Below, piece by piece: positions 21,542-30,478 of a stretch of 64,000 nt of DNA (the stretch's first letter is position 1; the number at the start of each line of letters is the position of its first letter). The translations under genes and the position numbers were made by a program. Source of the DNA: Blastocladiella emersonii ATCC 22665 (lineage: Eukaryota > Fungi > Blastocladiomycota); contig JANHCV010000016.1 of assembly GCA_025594325.1 (NCBI GenBank), positions 124,001-188,000 on the forward strand. The letters run 5' to 3'. A model generated the notes under the pieces. That model was not told the DNA's origin and did not search any database. It saw only the letters and a program-made list of their open reading frames with translations.

Positions 21542-22330
21542 CGTCTAGTGTAGGAGGTGCTTGAAGGCGGAACGAAGCGTCGAGTAAAAGACTAGTTTTG
21601 CGGGACGGGGATCTCGTTCCTCTTTATATCTCCGGCGACGTCTCGAACGCCGCCGAGGCGCCGCCAGTCCATCGTCATCGCGCCTCGAAACTACGAGAAG
21701 CGGACGTTGCCAGTCGCGGTGTCGCGGTGGGAATCCAAGCTCGAGTGTGAGTGGGTGTGATCCGGCCGCTGATCGTCATGCATCAGATTGGTTGTTCGCG
21801 ACCTCCGCTAGCTCCAAAACCGGAAGGCCGATCGCCTCACGCCCACACGGTTCTCAAGAATTTTCACGTCGCCCGCCATCGTGCACCGCGTTCGCGCAAC
21901 CCTCGAACTCGGCCAACTCGTGCGCGTGAGAACCCGCTCGCGCGGCCACGTTGCGTTTCCGCGAACGCTCGCTTGATCCCTCCGCGCAGCCTCGTTTCTC
22001 AGCATGGCTTCCCCTTCCACGCTCGCCGTCGGGAGAGATGACTGAAGGGCAGGTACTGAGTTATCTGACGGACGGACGGCGTTACGAGCACCACCGCAAG
22101 CTGGCCTACTTTGCATGAACGAGCAGCGTGTGCTTGTGAACGTCATCGATGGAGGGTCTGAGACGCGTTGTTCACCTGCACTGGGACAAAGCCAAGCCAC
22201 ACTGCTCGTTACGGTCGCCAGCAAGCTGATACAGGACGCTTGAATTCGGCGCGACAACTTGACGCGCACCGCAAACTGCGGCCGACGTCGCGACGCTCAT
22301 CTGATATAGGGACAGAATTGGCAATGATAC

Positions 22331-22585
22331 TGCTATTCTACTCAGGCACGGGGGAAGCGGGATACACGCGACGTACTGCGACAGGATGGTATTGCAGGGG
22401 AAATCAACCAGTGTATCAAACAGGAACAGCTTCATTCATCCTCGAACAGGAACCGAGCGCGAGAGTGCGCCGCGCGTTGGGCCGCGGCGGAGGCGTGGGA
22501 GGCGGCGTCGGTGGGTGGCGTGATCCACACCTGACCTCGACGCGTGCGTGTCTCGCATGTCTCGCACGCACGCCCCACTACAGCA
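22331..22585 (-). repeat. 3' LTR
   Basis: 255 bp, TG...CA; PPT at 22586-22592. Confidence 0.93.
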
Positions 22586-22611
22586 CTCCCGCATGGATCT
22601 TGGCACCCGGA

Positions 22612-25600
22612 CTACTCGGTCTTGACCGGGACGACGTCCTCGAGCTTGACCATGCCCATGGCCTTGAGCGTCTCAATGAACTGGTCGCGCGGCACGACCT
22701 TGGTGAGGTAGTCGGCGAGGTTCTTCTTGGACGGCACGTACTTGAGCTCGACGACCTTCTCCTTGACCTGCTCGCGCAGGAAGAACACGCGCACCGAGAT
22801 GTGCTTGACGGACCAGCGCATGTCGCTCGTGGTGGCGAGGATGCGCGCTGCGTTGTTGTCGATGAACGTCGGCACCATGTCGATCTTCTTGTTGAGCAGG
22901 TCGGACGTGAGCGTGTTGAGCCAGGCCACGTCGCGGATCGCCTCAGTGGCGGCGTTGAGCTCAGCCTCGGTCGTCAAGAGCGCTACCCACGACTGGCGGC
23001 GCGAGCACCAGGTCGTCGCGCTGCCGTTGATCAGCGTGACGAACCCCGTGGTCGATCTGCGCGTCGCCTCGTCGCCAGCGAAATCGGCGTCCACGTACGC
23101 GGACAGATCGACCGACCCATCGGCGGACCGGTGGTACATGATGCCGAGCGAGACGGTGCCCTTGAGGTACTCAACGATCGCAATGAGCGCGTCCATGTCC
23201 ATGGTCGTTGGGTTGGCCGCGTTCCGCGACACGACGCTGGTCGCGTACGCAATGTTGACGCGCGACACGGTCGCAAGGTGCATCAGCCCGCCGAGCAGCG
23301 ACAGGAACCGCTTGCGCTCGCCCGGGTTGAGCGGCACCGCCTCCTTGGCCAAGCTGGTGGCGACCATGGGCGTGCTGCGCGTTCTGGGCGAGTCGCCGCC
23401 AAACTCCTTGATCAGGTCGCGCGTGTACTGCGGCTGGCCGATCCAGATCCCATCCTTGGTCTGGATCACCTGCATGTTGAGGTATTTCGAGGCCAGGCCC
23501 AGGTCCTTGATCTTGAGCTCTCGCGCGAGCGCGGCCTTGACAGCGGCGACCTCCTTCTCGTTGGTGCCCGCGATCAGGATGTTGTTGACGTAGGCGATCA
23601 GGTACGTGACGGACGTGCGCGTACGCCGAATGTACACGCAGCAGTCGGCGGCGCTGGCAATGAACCCGTTCTTGATGAGGATGGCGGCGAGGTGGTTCGA
23701 CCACTCGTGGCCAGCCTGGCGCAGACCGTACAGCGACTTCTTGAGCTTCAGGACGTGGCCGTCCTTGATGTCCATGCCCTCGGGCGCGCGCATGTACACC
23801 GTCTCCTTCAACGACGCGTGGACGTACGCGCTCGTCACGTCCATCGAATGGACGGGCAGGCCCTGCGCGGCGGCGATGGCGAACAGCGTGCGCGCCGATC
23901 CGTGGGCGACGGCGGGCGCAAACGTCGCGTTGAAGTCGCGGCCCTCGATCTGCTGGTTTCCGTGCGCAACGAGACGCGCCTTGAAGCGGGTCACCTCGCC
24001 CTTGTTGTTGCGCTTGAGCGCGAACACGAACATGGACGTGATGACGTGGGCCATGCGGCCGTCGCCGCGCACTGGCCACTTGACAAACTCGAACGTGTCG
24101 TTGTCAATGAGGGACTGGAGCTCCTCCTTGATGGCCTGGACCCACTCGGCCCACTGCGCGCTGGACATGGCCTCCTTATACGTCTGAGGCGTCAGGATGT
24201 CGACGAACTCGCCGAGGAACGCGGCGGCCTTGTCGTCCAGCAGCGCCGCGATGAACCCGTAGTTGAGCGTGTACTCGTCACGCGCGCTGCTGTTTCGCGC
24301 AGCGTCGTCCGTCGGATCAATGGTGGTGTCCGAGTCCTTGAACTTGGCCGGCAGCTGGCCGCGGTTTGAGCGGGCCGGGTTGGTGCGCTTCGGCTCGCGC
24401 TCCAGATCAGGCGCGGGAGATGCAGCACGTTTCCGAGCTGCGACGCCGTGATCACCGATGGGCACCAGGTCCGTAGCGCCGTAATCGCGATCGGGACCGG
24501 CGACATCGCAATGCAGTGCTGAGGCGGCTTCGCCGCCCGCACCCTCCCGCCGCGCAGCGGTGGACACGGCAGCCGGAGCTCCCGCCGACTGCGGCGCAGC
24601 AGCTTCCGCCGGCTGCGGCGCAATGGCTCCCGCCGACCTGGGCGCGGCAGCTCCCGCCGACTTGGGCTTGGCAGCTCCCGCCGACTTGGGCGCGGCAGCC
24701 CCCGCCGACTCGGGCTCGGCAGCTCCTGCCGACTCAGGCGCGGCAGCCCCCGCCGACCGCCGGCGGAACGACCGCTCCATGACGCGGGTCTCGTCGAACA
24801 CGGCCCAGCTGGTGGTGTGGATCTCCTGGGTCTCGAGGTCAACAACAATGTACGCGGCACCGCCGTTGGTGTAGCAGAGCAGGCGCATCGAGGAACCACG
24901 CGGGCGGATCTTGCTGATGTTGTTGCGCGGGGAACAGACAACCACGTCCGCCGACCACGCGCGGAAGATGCCAAGATCCGGCGCCTCACCCGACCACGCC
25001 TCGTGCGGCAAGATGTGGTAGCGGCCCTTGGGCTGCTCAAGCGCAGTGCTCGGGAGGCAGTTGCGGACGAAACACGCGGCCGTGAACGCGTACGGCCAGT
25101 ACGTCTCAGGCAGGTCAACGGCGGCAGCGATCGACGCGTGGGCCTTGACAGTCACGTCCTGCACCAGCCGCTCGATGCGCCTGTTGGCGTGGTGGTTACC
25201 CGGTGGCAAGAAATGCCACTCGATGCCCTTGGCGGCGGCCCACTCGGTGAGCGTCTTGTTCTTGAACTCGCCGCCGTTGTCCGAGCGGAACCGCTTGACA
25301 GTGGTGTCGGTCTCGTTCTCGAGGCGGTTGACGAGCTTCATGATGAACTCAGGCGCGTTGGACTTGGCCTCGAGGGCAAACGCCCAGGCCTTGCGCGTGT
25401 AGTTGTCGAGCACGAGCAGGATGCACGTCTTGTCCTTGATGGCGGCCTTGTTGACAATGGCGAGGTTGAAGCGCAGGCACTCGATGCGCGCCTTGGTCTT
25501 CTCGCCTGTGGGGCCCGCCAACGGGCCGCGCTGGATATTGGCCGTGACGCACAACACGCAGATGCCGCCCACGTCCTCGTCGCTGTGGTTCCCAGTGCAT

Positions 25601-27951
25601 TGACGGGCGAGGTCGACCAGCTTGTACGCCGGGTCCGCAAGGACCGCCTTGATGATGTGGGCGCCTGGGTGACCAAGCCGCACGTGCGCGACGTGCTGCA
25701 GCGAGTAGTTGAGCGTTGTGTTGGCAAACGTGTGGAACGTGGCGTCGCACGCGCCGGCCTTGGGGACAGTCGCGCACGCCACCAGCGCCGTGTGCTGCGC
25801 GTTGGTCTCGTTGCCAATCATATCAGCGAACAACTGCTCATTGATCTTGGTCATGACCTTGACGGCCACGGCGCGCTCCTTGTCAACGGTCTTCTTCATG
25901 TCCTTGTCCGACAGGCACGCCCAGAAACGGACGTCGGGGTGCAGCCCCGCATACATGCCAAGATTGGCGACCATCATGGCCGACTCCTCCGTTGGGCGGT
26001 GGAAGTGGGCCTTCTCGGCCTCGGGCACCCGCGCCTGCGCGCGAGTGGGCAGCGCGCCCACAAGCGTCGGGAGGCGCCCATGGATCGCGCCCTTGATCTT
26101 GCGGCCACGTGCCAGCTCCAGCGTGAAGGTGGTCTTGTTGGCGGGGAACGTTGACGTCACGCCGTCACGCTGCAGCTGCGTTGTGCTGATCAGGCGACGC
26201 GCCAGGTCAGGCGCGTACAGGACGTCACGTAGGATGATCCGGGTGGGCTGACCCTCAGCGTCAAGGGGCTGGATCTCGACCTTGCCAATGTGGGTCCCGT
26301 ACACCGCCATCTGCGACTTGCCCACGGCAATGCAACAAGGGGTGTTGAGCTTGGTAAGCGAGGTGAAGTCGTCCTTGTAGGGCGAGAGGTGCGTGCTGGC
26401 GCCCGAGTCGAGGAGCCAGGTTGACTGCTTGGACCCGTCGCCGTGCATCGTGGTGAGCAGGGCGTGCTCTGTGATCTCGTTCTTGTTGAGGTCAACCATG
26501 CACACGTAGGCCGCGTCCTTTTGCAAGCCACCCGCGCGGCGCTTCTCCTTGTGCGCCCGCGCAATGTCCTCCTTGATCTGGAAGCCCGCTGGCGCCAGGA
26601 ACTTGGCCATGTTGCGGTCGCGGTCGTGCCAGCACCCGTCAATTACGTGAGGCCGGCCGCACAGGCACATCACCTTGCGGCGCCTGTTGTGGCTGCGGCT
26701 ACAGCTGCGGTACCGCGAGCGCCGGTCGGGGGTGTGGCTACGACTGCGGTAGCTGCCCCGGTGGCCACCATCACGGCTGCGGCTGCGACTGCGACTGCAA
26801 CTGCAACTATGGCTGCAGCCGCAACCCTTGCCGCCCCTGCGCCTGCGGTTGCGCCCGCCCTTGTCGCTGCCGTTACCCGTATGGCGATCGTCGGCAAGGA
26901 ACGCCTGCTGCACCACCACGTTGGCATGCTTGGCCAAGATGGTGGCGTTGGCTGCGTGGGTGATTGCTGGGCGATGGCGCGCAAAGTACTCGATGACAAC
27001 CTTGTGGATGTCCAACATGGTCTTGGCCTTCTGGAGCTCCTTGTCAAGCGAGATGAATGGCGACAGACCGGTGATCGTCGGGTTGAAAGCGGCCGGGATC
27101 TTGATGCCCACCTCGGTGCGGAACATGAAGAAGGCGGCCTTGCTGCCCATGTCGTGGGTACCCTCGGCGGACCCCATGGCGGTGGTGTAGCGCATGATCT
27201 TGTTCTGCAGGTCCACGAGGAACGCGGGCAGGTTGTCGAGGTTGGTTGAGTCAAACTGGGTGGCATTGAGCTGGCGCTTGAGCTTGGGCATCTGGGCTGA
27301 GTGGGTACGCTGCATGTAGCGGTACATCTGGAGCATGACCTTGATTGGCTGGTCGTTGTGGTTGACAGCAGCCTTGAGCCCAATGGGGAGCGAGTCACGG
27401 ATGGCGAGGTTCAGCTGCGTTGCGTGCGACGCGAACATGTTCTTGGTCCCCTCGGTCTTGGCAATCCACTCAGTCTCCGTGAAGAAAAGCGCCGACGCAA
27501 TGCCGGCGCCACGGGCCGCCATTACGACGTCGATGACCCATGGGTCAAAGTTGATGCCCTCGATCGACTCGTGCTTGGCAATCTCGAGCTTGAAGGGCGG
27601 GATGCGCTCAATCTTGAGGTTGGGGACTGGGATTGGCATGTACGCCGCGAAGAGCGACTCACGCGTCTTCTTGAACTCGTCAACTGACATGCTGAGCTTG
27701 GCCGCCAGCTGCGGGTCAATGGTCGCCACAATCGGGCCGCTGCCGCTGCCGCTGCCGGTGGGCGTCTCGGGCGGTGGGCGCAGCGGGATCTCGGGCGCCG
27801 AGTTGATCGTGTTGAAGTACTGGAACATGGCGTCACCGATCTGCAGGTTGACAATCTGCAGGCAGGCGGTCAGCTTGTCAATCTTGCCCTCAAGGAGGTC
27901 AGCAATGACCGCGTCGGCCTTGTTCTGCTTGTCCATGTTGACGTCGGTCAT
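22612..27951 (-). CDS. copia Gag-Pol polyprotein (zinc knuckle, protease, GAG-pre-integrase, IN, RT, RNase H); several catalytic Asp changed to Asn
   Basis: CLCGRPHVIDGC knuckle, WLLDSGASTH protease, HVRLGHPG; first ATG at 27951 (the track start at 28161 is TTG). Confidence 0.9.
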   Translation of the reverse strand: MTDVNMDKQNKADAVIADLLEGKIDKLTACLQIVNLQIGDAMFQYFNTINSAPEIPLRPPPETPTGSGSGSGPIVATIDPQLAAKLSMSVDEFKKTRESLFAAYMPIPVPNLKIERIPPFKLEIAKHESIEGINFDPWVIDVVMAARGAGIASALFFTETEWIAKTEGTKNMFASHATQLNLAIRDSLPIGLKAAVNHNDQPIKVMLQMYRYMQRTHSAQMPKLKRQLNATQFDSTNLDNLPAFLVDLQNKIMRYTTAMGSAEGTHDMGSKAAFFMFRTEVGIKIPAAFNPTITGLSPFISLDKELQKAKTMLDIHKVVIEYFARHRPAITHAANATILAKHANVVVQQAFLADDRHTGNGSDKGGRNRRRRGGKGCGCSHSCSCSRSRSRSRDGGHRGSYRSRSHTPDRRSRYRSCSRSHNRRRKVMCLCGRPHVIDGCWHDRDRNMAKFLAPAGFQIKEDIARAHKEKRRAGGLQKDAAYVCMVDLNKNEITEHALLTTMHGDGSKQSTWLLDSGASTHLSPYKDDFTSLTKLNTPCCIAVGKSQMAVYGTHIGKVEIQPLDAEGQPTRIILRDVLYAPDLARRLISTTQLQRDGVTSTFPANKTTFTLELARGRKIKGAIHGRLPTLVGALPTRAQARVPEAEKAHFHRPTEESAMMVANLGMYAGLHPDVRFWACLSDKDMKKTVDKERAVAVKVMTKINEQLFADMIGNETNAQHTALVACATVPKAGACDATFHTFANTTLNYSLQHVAHVRLGHPGAHIIKAVLADPAYKLVDLARQCTGNHSDEDVGGICVLCVTANIQRGPLAGPTGEKTKARIECLRFNLAIVNKAAIKDKTCILLVLDNYTRKAWAFALEAKSNAPEFIMKLVNRLENETDTTVKRFRSDNGGEFKNKTLTEWAAAKGIEWHFLPPGNHHANRRIERLVQDVTVKAHASIAAAVDLPETYWPYAFTAACFVRNCLPSTALEQPKGRYHILPHEAWSGEAPDLGIFRAWSADVVVCSPRNNISKIRPRGSSMRLLCYTNGGAAYIVVDLETQEIHTTSWAVFDETRVMERSFRRRSAGAAAPESAGAAEPESAGAAAPKSAGAAKPKSAGAAAPRSAGAIAPQPAEAAAPQSAGAPAAVSTAARREGAGGEAASALHCDVAGPDRDYGATDLVPIGDHGVAARKRAASPAPDLEREPKRTNPARSNRGQLPAKFKDSDTTIDPTDDAARNSSARDEYTLNYGFIAALLDDKAAAFLGEFVDILTPQTYKEAMSSAQWAEWVQAIKEELQSLIDNDTFEFVKWPVRGDGRMAHVITSMFVFALKRNNKGEVTRFKARLVAHGNQQIEGRDFNATFAPAVAHGSARTLFAIAAAQGLPVHSMDVTSAYVHASLKETVYMRAPEGMDIKDGHVLKLKKSLYGLRQAGHEWSNHLAAILIKNGFIASAADCCVYIRRTRTSVTYLIAYVNNILIAGTNEKEVAAVKAALARELKIKDLGLASKYLNMQVIQTKDGIWIGQPQYTRDLIKEFGGDSPRTRSTPMVATSLAKEAVPLNPGERKRFLSLLGGLMHLATVSRVNIAYATSVVSRNAANPTTMDMDALIAIVEYLKGTVSLGIMYHRSADGSVDLSAYVDADFAGDEATRRSTTGFVTLINGSATTWCSRRQSWVALLTTEAELNAATEAIRDVAWLNTLTSDLLNKKIDMVPTFIDNNAARILATTSDMRWSVKHISVRVFFLREQVKEKVVELKYVPSKKNLADYLTKVVPRDQFIETLKAMGMVKLEDVVPVKTE

Positions 27952-28001
27952 CTGGTAGCGCGCGTGACGCCATGTCAGGTCAGCTTCTTGTCCATGGTCA
28001 T

Positions 28002-28180
28002 CTCCTTGGTGCTCCAGCTCCCTCGAGGGGCAAGCAAATCTCCTTGGTGCTCCAGCCCCCTCGTGGGGCGAGCAAAGCTCCTTGGTGCTCCAGCCCCCTC
28101 GTGGGGCAAGCAAAGCTCCTTGGTGCTCCAGCCCCCTCAAAGGGCGAGCTTTGGTGCTCAAGCCCCCTCGTGGGGCGAGC
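28002..28180 (-). repeat. Five tandem units of about 38 bp in the retrotransposon 5' leader, each with a GCCCC/GGGGC stem
   Basis: Units start at 28002, 28040, 28078, 28116 and 28149 (ctccttggtgctccagccccctcgtggggcgagcaaag). Confidence 0.9.
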
Positions 28181-28305
28181 GACCATCATGCTCTACACCT
28201 TCCGGCGGAGCCTTCTACCCCTGCTGTCCTCATGACAGCTCGAGGTTGCTGGTTACGTTGAAGACATCTCCTGCGTCCTCTTGAGCTGCGGCGAGAGGCT
28301 GCACC

Positions 28306-28318
28306 AGGGCTCATAACC
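28306..28318 (-). other. Primer binding site GGTTATGAGCCCT (Ty5/copia half-tRNA-iMet type)
   Basis: Immediately follows the CA end of the 5' LTR. Confidence 0.85.
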
Positions 28319-28573
28319 TGCTATTCTACTCAGGCACGGGGGAAGCGGGATACACGCGACGTACTGCGACAGGATGGTATTGCAGGGGAAATCAACCAGT
28401 GTATCAAACAGGAACAGCTTCATTCATCCTTGAACAGGAACCAAGCGCGAGAGTGCGCCGCGCGTTGGGCCGCGGCGGAGGCGTGGGAGGCGGCGTCGGT
28501 GGGTGGCGTGATCCACACCTGACCTTGACGCGTGCGTGTCTCGCATGTCTCGCACGCACGCCCCACTACAGCA
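28319..28573 (-). repeat. 5' LTR
   Basis: 255 bp; differs from the 3' LTR at 28431, 28443 and 28526. Confidence 0.93.
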
Positions 28574-28809
28574 GATACTATATTCCCGGCGTGAAACTCC
28601 GCTCAACGATGACCTCCCGACTAGAGGGCTTCGCGTGTCGCAGTGCTGCCTGCGCATCGCGGATCACATTGCGGATCACTCCATGGACCACGTGATTTCG
28701 CAACGCGTCTCGCAATGAGTCCTTCAAGTTTTTCCCCTGAGACCTCTTTTTTGCTGAAAGAAAGGCGCGAATGTGATAGATTTGTAATGCGCAAAGGTGG
28801 GATGTATTC

Positions 28810-29619
28810 TCACTCGGGGATCACACAGTCCATCATTCGCTTCACCGAACCAACGATACAGAGCACCGCCGCCACGTCGATGCCCGGGGCGATCGACACG
28901 TTGATCAGCTTGGTAAGATCAAACCGCTTCTTGGACTCGGCGCGAGCAATGAGCTCTCCGCCCTCCTTAGGGTGGCCAAGGAAAAAGTGCAGCTTGCTCT
29001 GGCTGCCCTTGCCAACGATGAGCGCTCCGCCTGTTGTCTTGGCCTTGACCGTGATCCCGAACAGGCCGTACTTGAGCTTGACCTGCATGATGCGCATGGC
29101 CGTCGCGCCCACCGCCGTGCTGCCGCCGTAGCAAGGGAGCGCGTTTGGGTCCTCGTCCTTGTAGTTGCCAGGGTTCGCCTGGATAGCGCCAGGCGCGAGC
29201 CCCGCGATCTCGCGCATGAACGAGTCGGGGAAGTTCTGCACGACCCACTCGGGGACCTTGTCCGCGGTGCGGATCACCTGCGCGGTGCGGTCGATGAAAG
29301 AGTTGGACTCGAGGTACATGGCCGCCAGCGGCTCGTTGCGCAGCGTGTCGCCGATGACGAGGTGCGCCGTGCTAATGGGCGTGTGGCCGACCATCTTGTA
29401 GTCGACGACCCTCGTCGCCTTGTTGGTCACCGGCATGACGACGGACCAATGGTGGCCGAGGAACTCGATGGACTCGGTCGCGTCCTTGATCACGTTGATG
29501 GCCAAGTCGACAGGGCCACTCGTCTGCACGTGCTGCGGCCCGACGACCGCCACCGGCTCGCCGGCATACGCCGCGGTGAGGGCGCGGGAAGAGTAGTCGT
29601 TGGACGAGAAGATGGTCAT
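28810..29619 (-). CDS. LURP-one/Tubby C-terminal-like protein (divergent member)
   Basis: PVAVVGPQHV...PVDLAI N-terminal motif and IAPGIDVAAVLCIV C-terminal motif typical of the LURP1 (Tub_2) family. Confidence 0.7.
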   Translation of the reverse strand: MTIFSSNDYSSRALTAAYAGEPVAVVGPQHVQTSGPVDLAINVIKDATESIEFLGHHWSVVMPVTNKATRVVDYKMVGHTPISTAHLVIGDTLRNEPLAAMYLESNSFIDRTAQVIRTADKVPEWVVQNFPDSFMREIAGLAPGAIQANPGNYKDEDPNALPCYGGSTAVGATAMRIMQVKLKYGLFGITVKAKTTGGALIVGKGSQSKLHFFLGHPKEGGELIARAESKKRFDLTKLINVSIAPGIDVAAVLCIVGSVKRMMDCVIPE

Positions 29620-30199
29620 GGTGGATGTGTTTTGCAGGCTCAGACGAGGGTACGACGTGCAGCGGTGGAGCGCGGGCGGACGCGCACTTTATTCGCATTG
29701 CAACACTTTTCCTCCTCCATCTCCTCCCCTTCTTGGCGGTGTGTTGGGGCGACCACCTGCACTCGCTCTCGTCGGCACAATGAGATGGTGGCGGCGGCGG
29801 CGGCGGCGGCGCTGTTCAAGCGACTCCCCTTCGCTGGCCCAGGGACTTGGCCCGAGTCGACACACGTAAAACGCTCGATTCTGGTGTGCCGCCGCAAATT
29901 TCTTCCTTGGGACGGGACGCGAGCAATCCAGTGGCGAGTTTCACGCGCTGGAAGCACTTGACGTTTTATGCTTGGCGCCCAACGGCGAGTGGCGGCGGTG
30001 GCGCACAAGCACGCGAAGCGCCTGGCGAGTTTCGAGGTGATCGACTCCAGGGCATCGGACCCACGGAGTGCGACAGTTTGGGAGGATGGTCCCTTCTCGT
30101 GCCAAGCTCGAAGGTCAGCTGGCATCGTCGTAGAAGCTCCAGGCCCTTCTTCAATCATTTGACGCTCAGCGCTTTCAAGGGATCAACTCTCTTTCGAGT

Positions 30200-30478
30200 T
30201 CAACGGGCGTGCACATCCAGAACGGTCAGTTTGCAGCAAGTCGGACCCGGGTGCATCGACGCATTCGGTCCAGGAGGACGCGAGGAGCAACGGGAGCGCC
30301 GGGTGTGGCGCAACGCGTCGCTCCTCGCGCACGTGGGCCGCTGAACCGCTTCGAGAGACGCGCTTTCGAGCCGCTCTCTCCTCTCCCTCGTGTTGAGGAA
30401 CAGCATCACGATCAGGATGACGACAAAGGAGAAGATCGCAGTGAAACCGGGCAGGGTGTTGAGTGGCCTTGGTAGCAT
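30200..30478 (-). pseudogene. Truncated SAYSD1-like remnant
   Basis: Same start as 8203; in-frame 42-bp deletion; homology ends after FLNT; no SAYSVFN motif. Confidence 0.75.

Larger units (their letters stand above)
17399..25459 (-). repeat. Right arm (B) of the inverted duplication
   Basis: Reverse complement of 1-8061; inner breakpoint at 17399; outer extent cannot be seen because arm A runs off the window. Confidence 0.95.
22331..28573 (-). mobile_element. Full-length Ty1/copia LTR retrotransposon, 6243 bp
   Basis: LTRs 28319-28573 and 22331-22585; 5-bp TSD GATAC at 22326-22330 and 28574-28578; PBS at 28306-28318; single gag-PR-IN-RT-RH ORF. Confidence 0.97.

Noticed and set aside
22612-28161. 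G-to-A changes as APOBEC-like cDNA editing
   Set aside because: LTR differences include both G-to-A and C-to-T on the sense strand and are confined to one LTR, favouring post-integration mutation.
28002-28180. CRISPR-like appearance of the 38-bp hairpin repeats
   Set aside because: No unique spacers, no cas genes, eukaryotic retrotransposon leader.
1-28573. Composite transposon made of two inverted copia elements
   Set aside because: Both copies share the same flank/TSD and 5 kb of adjacent host DNA, so they come from one insertion duplicated segmentally.
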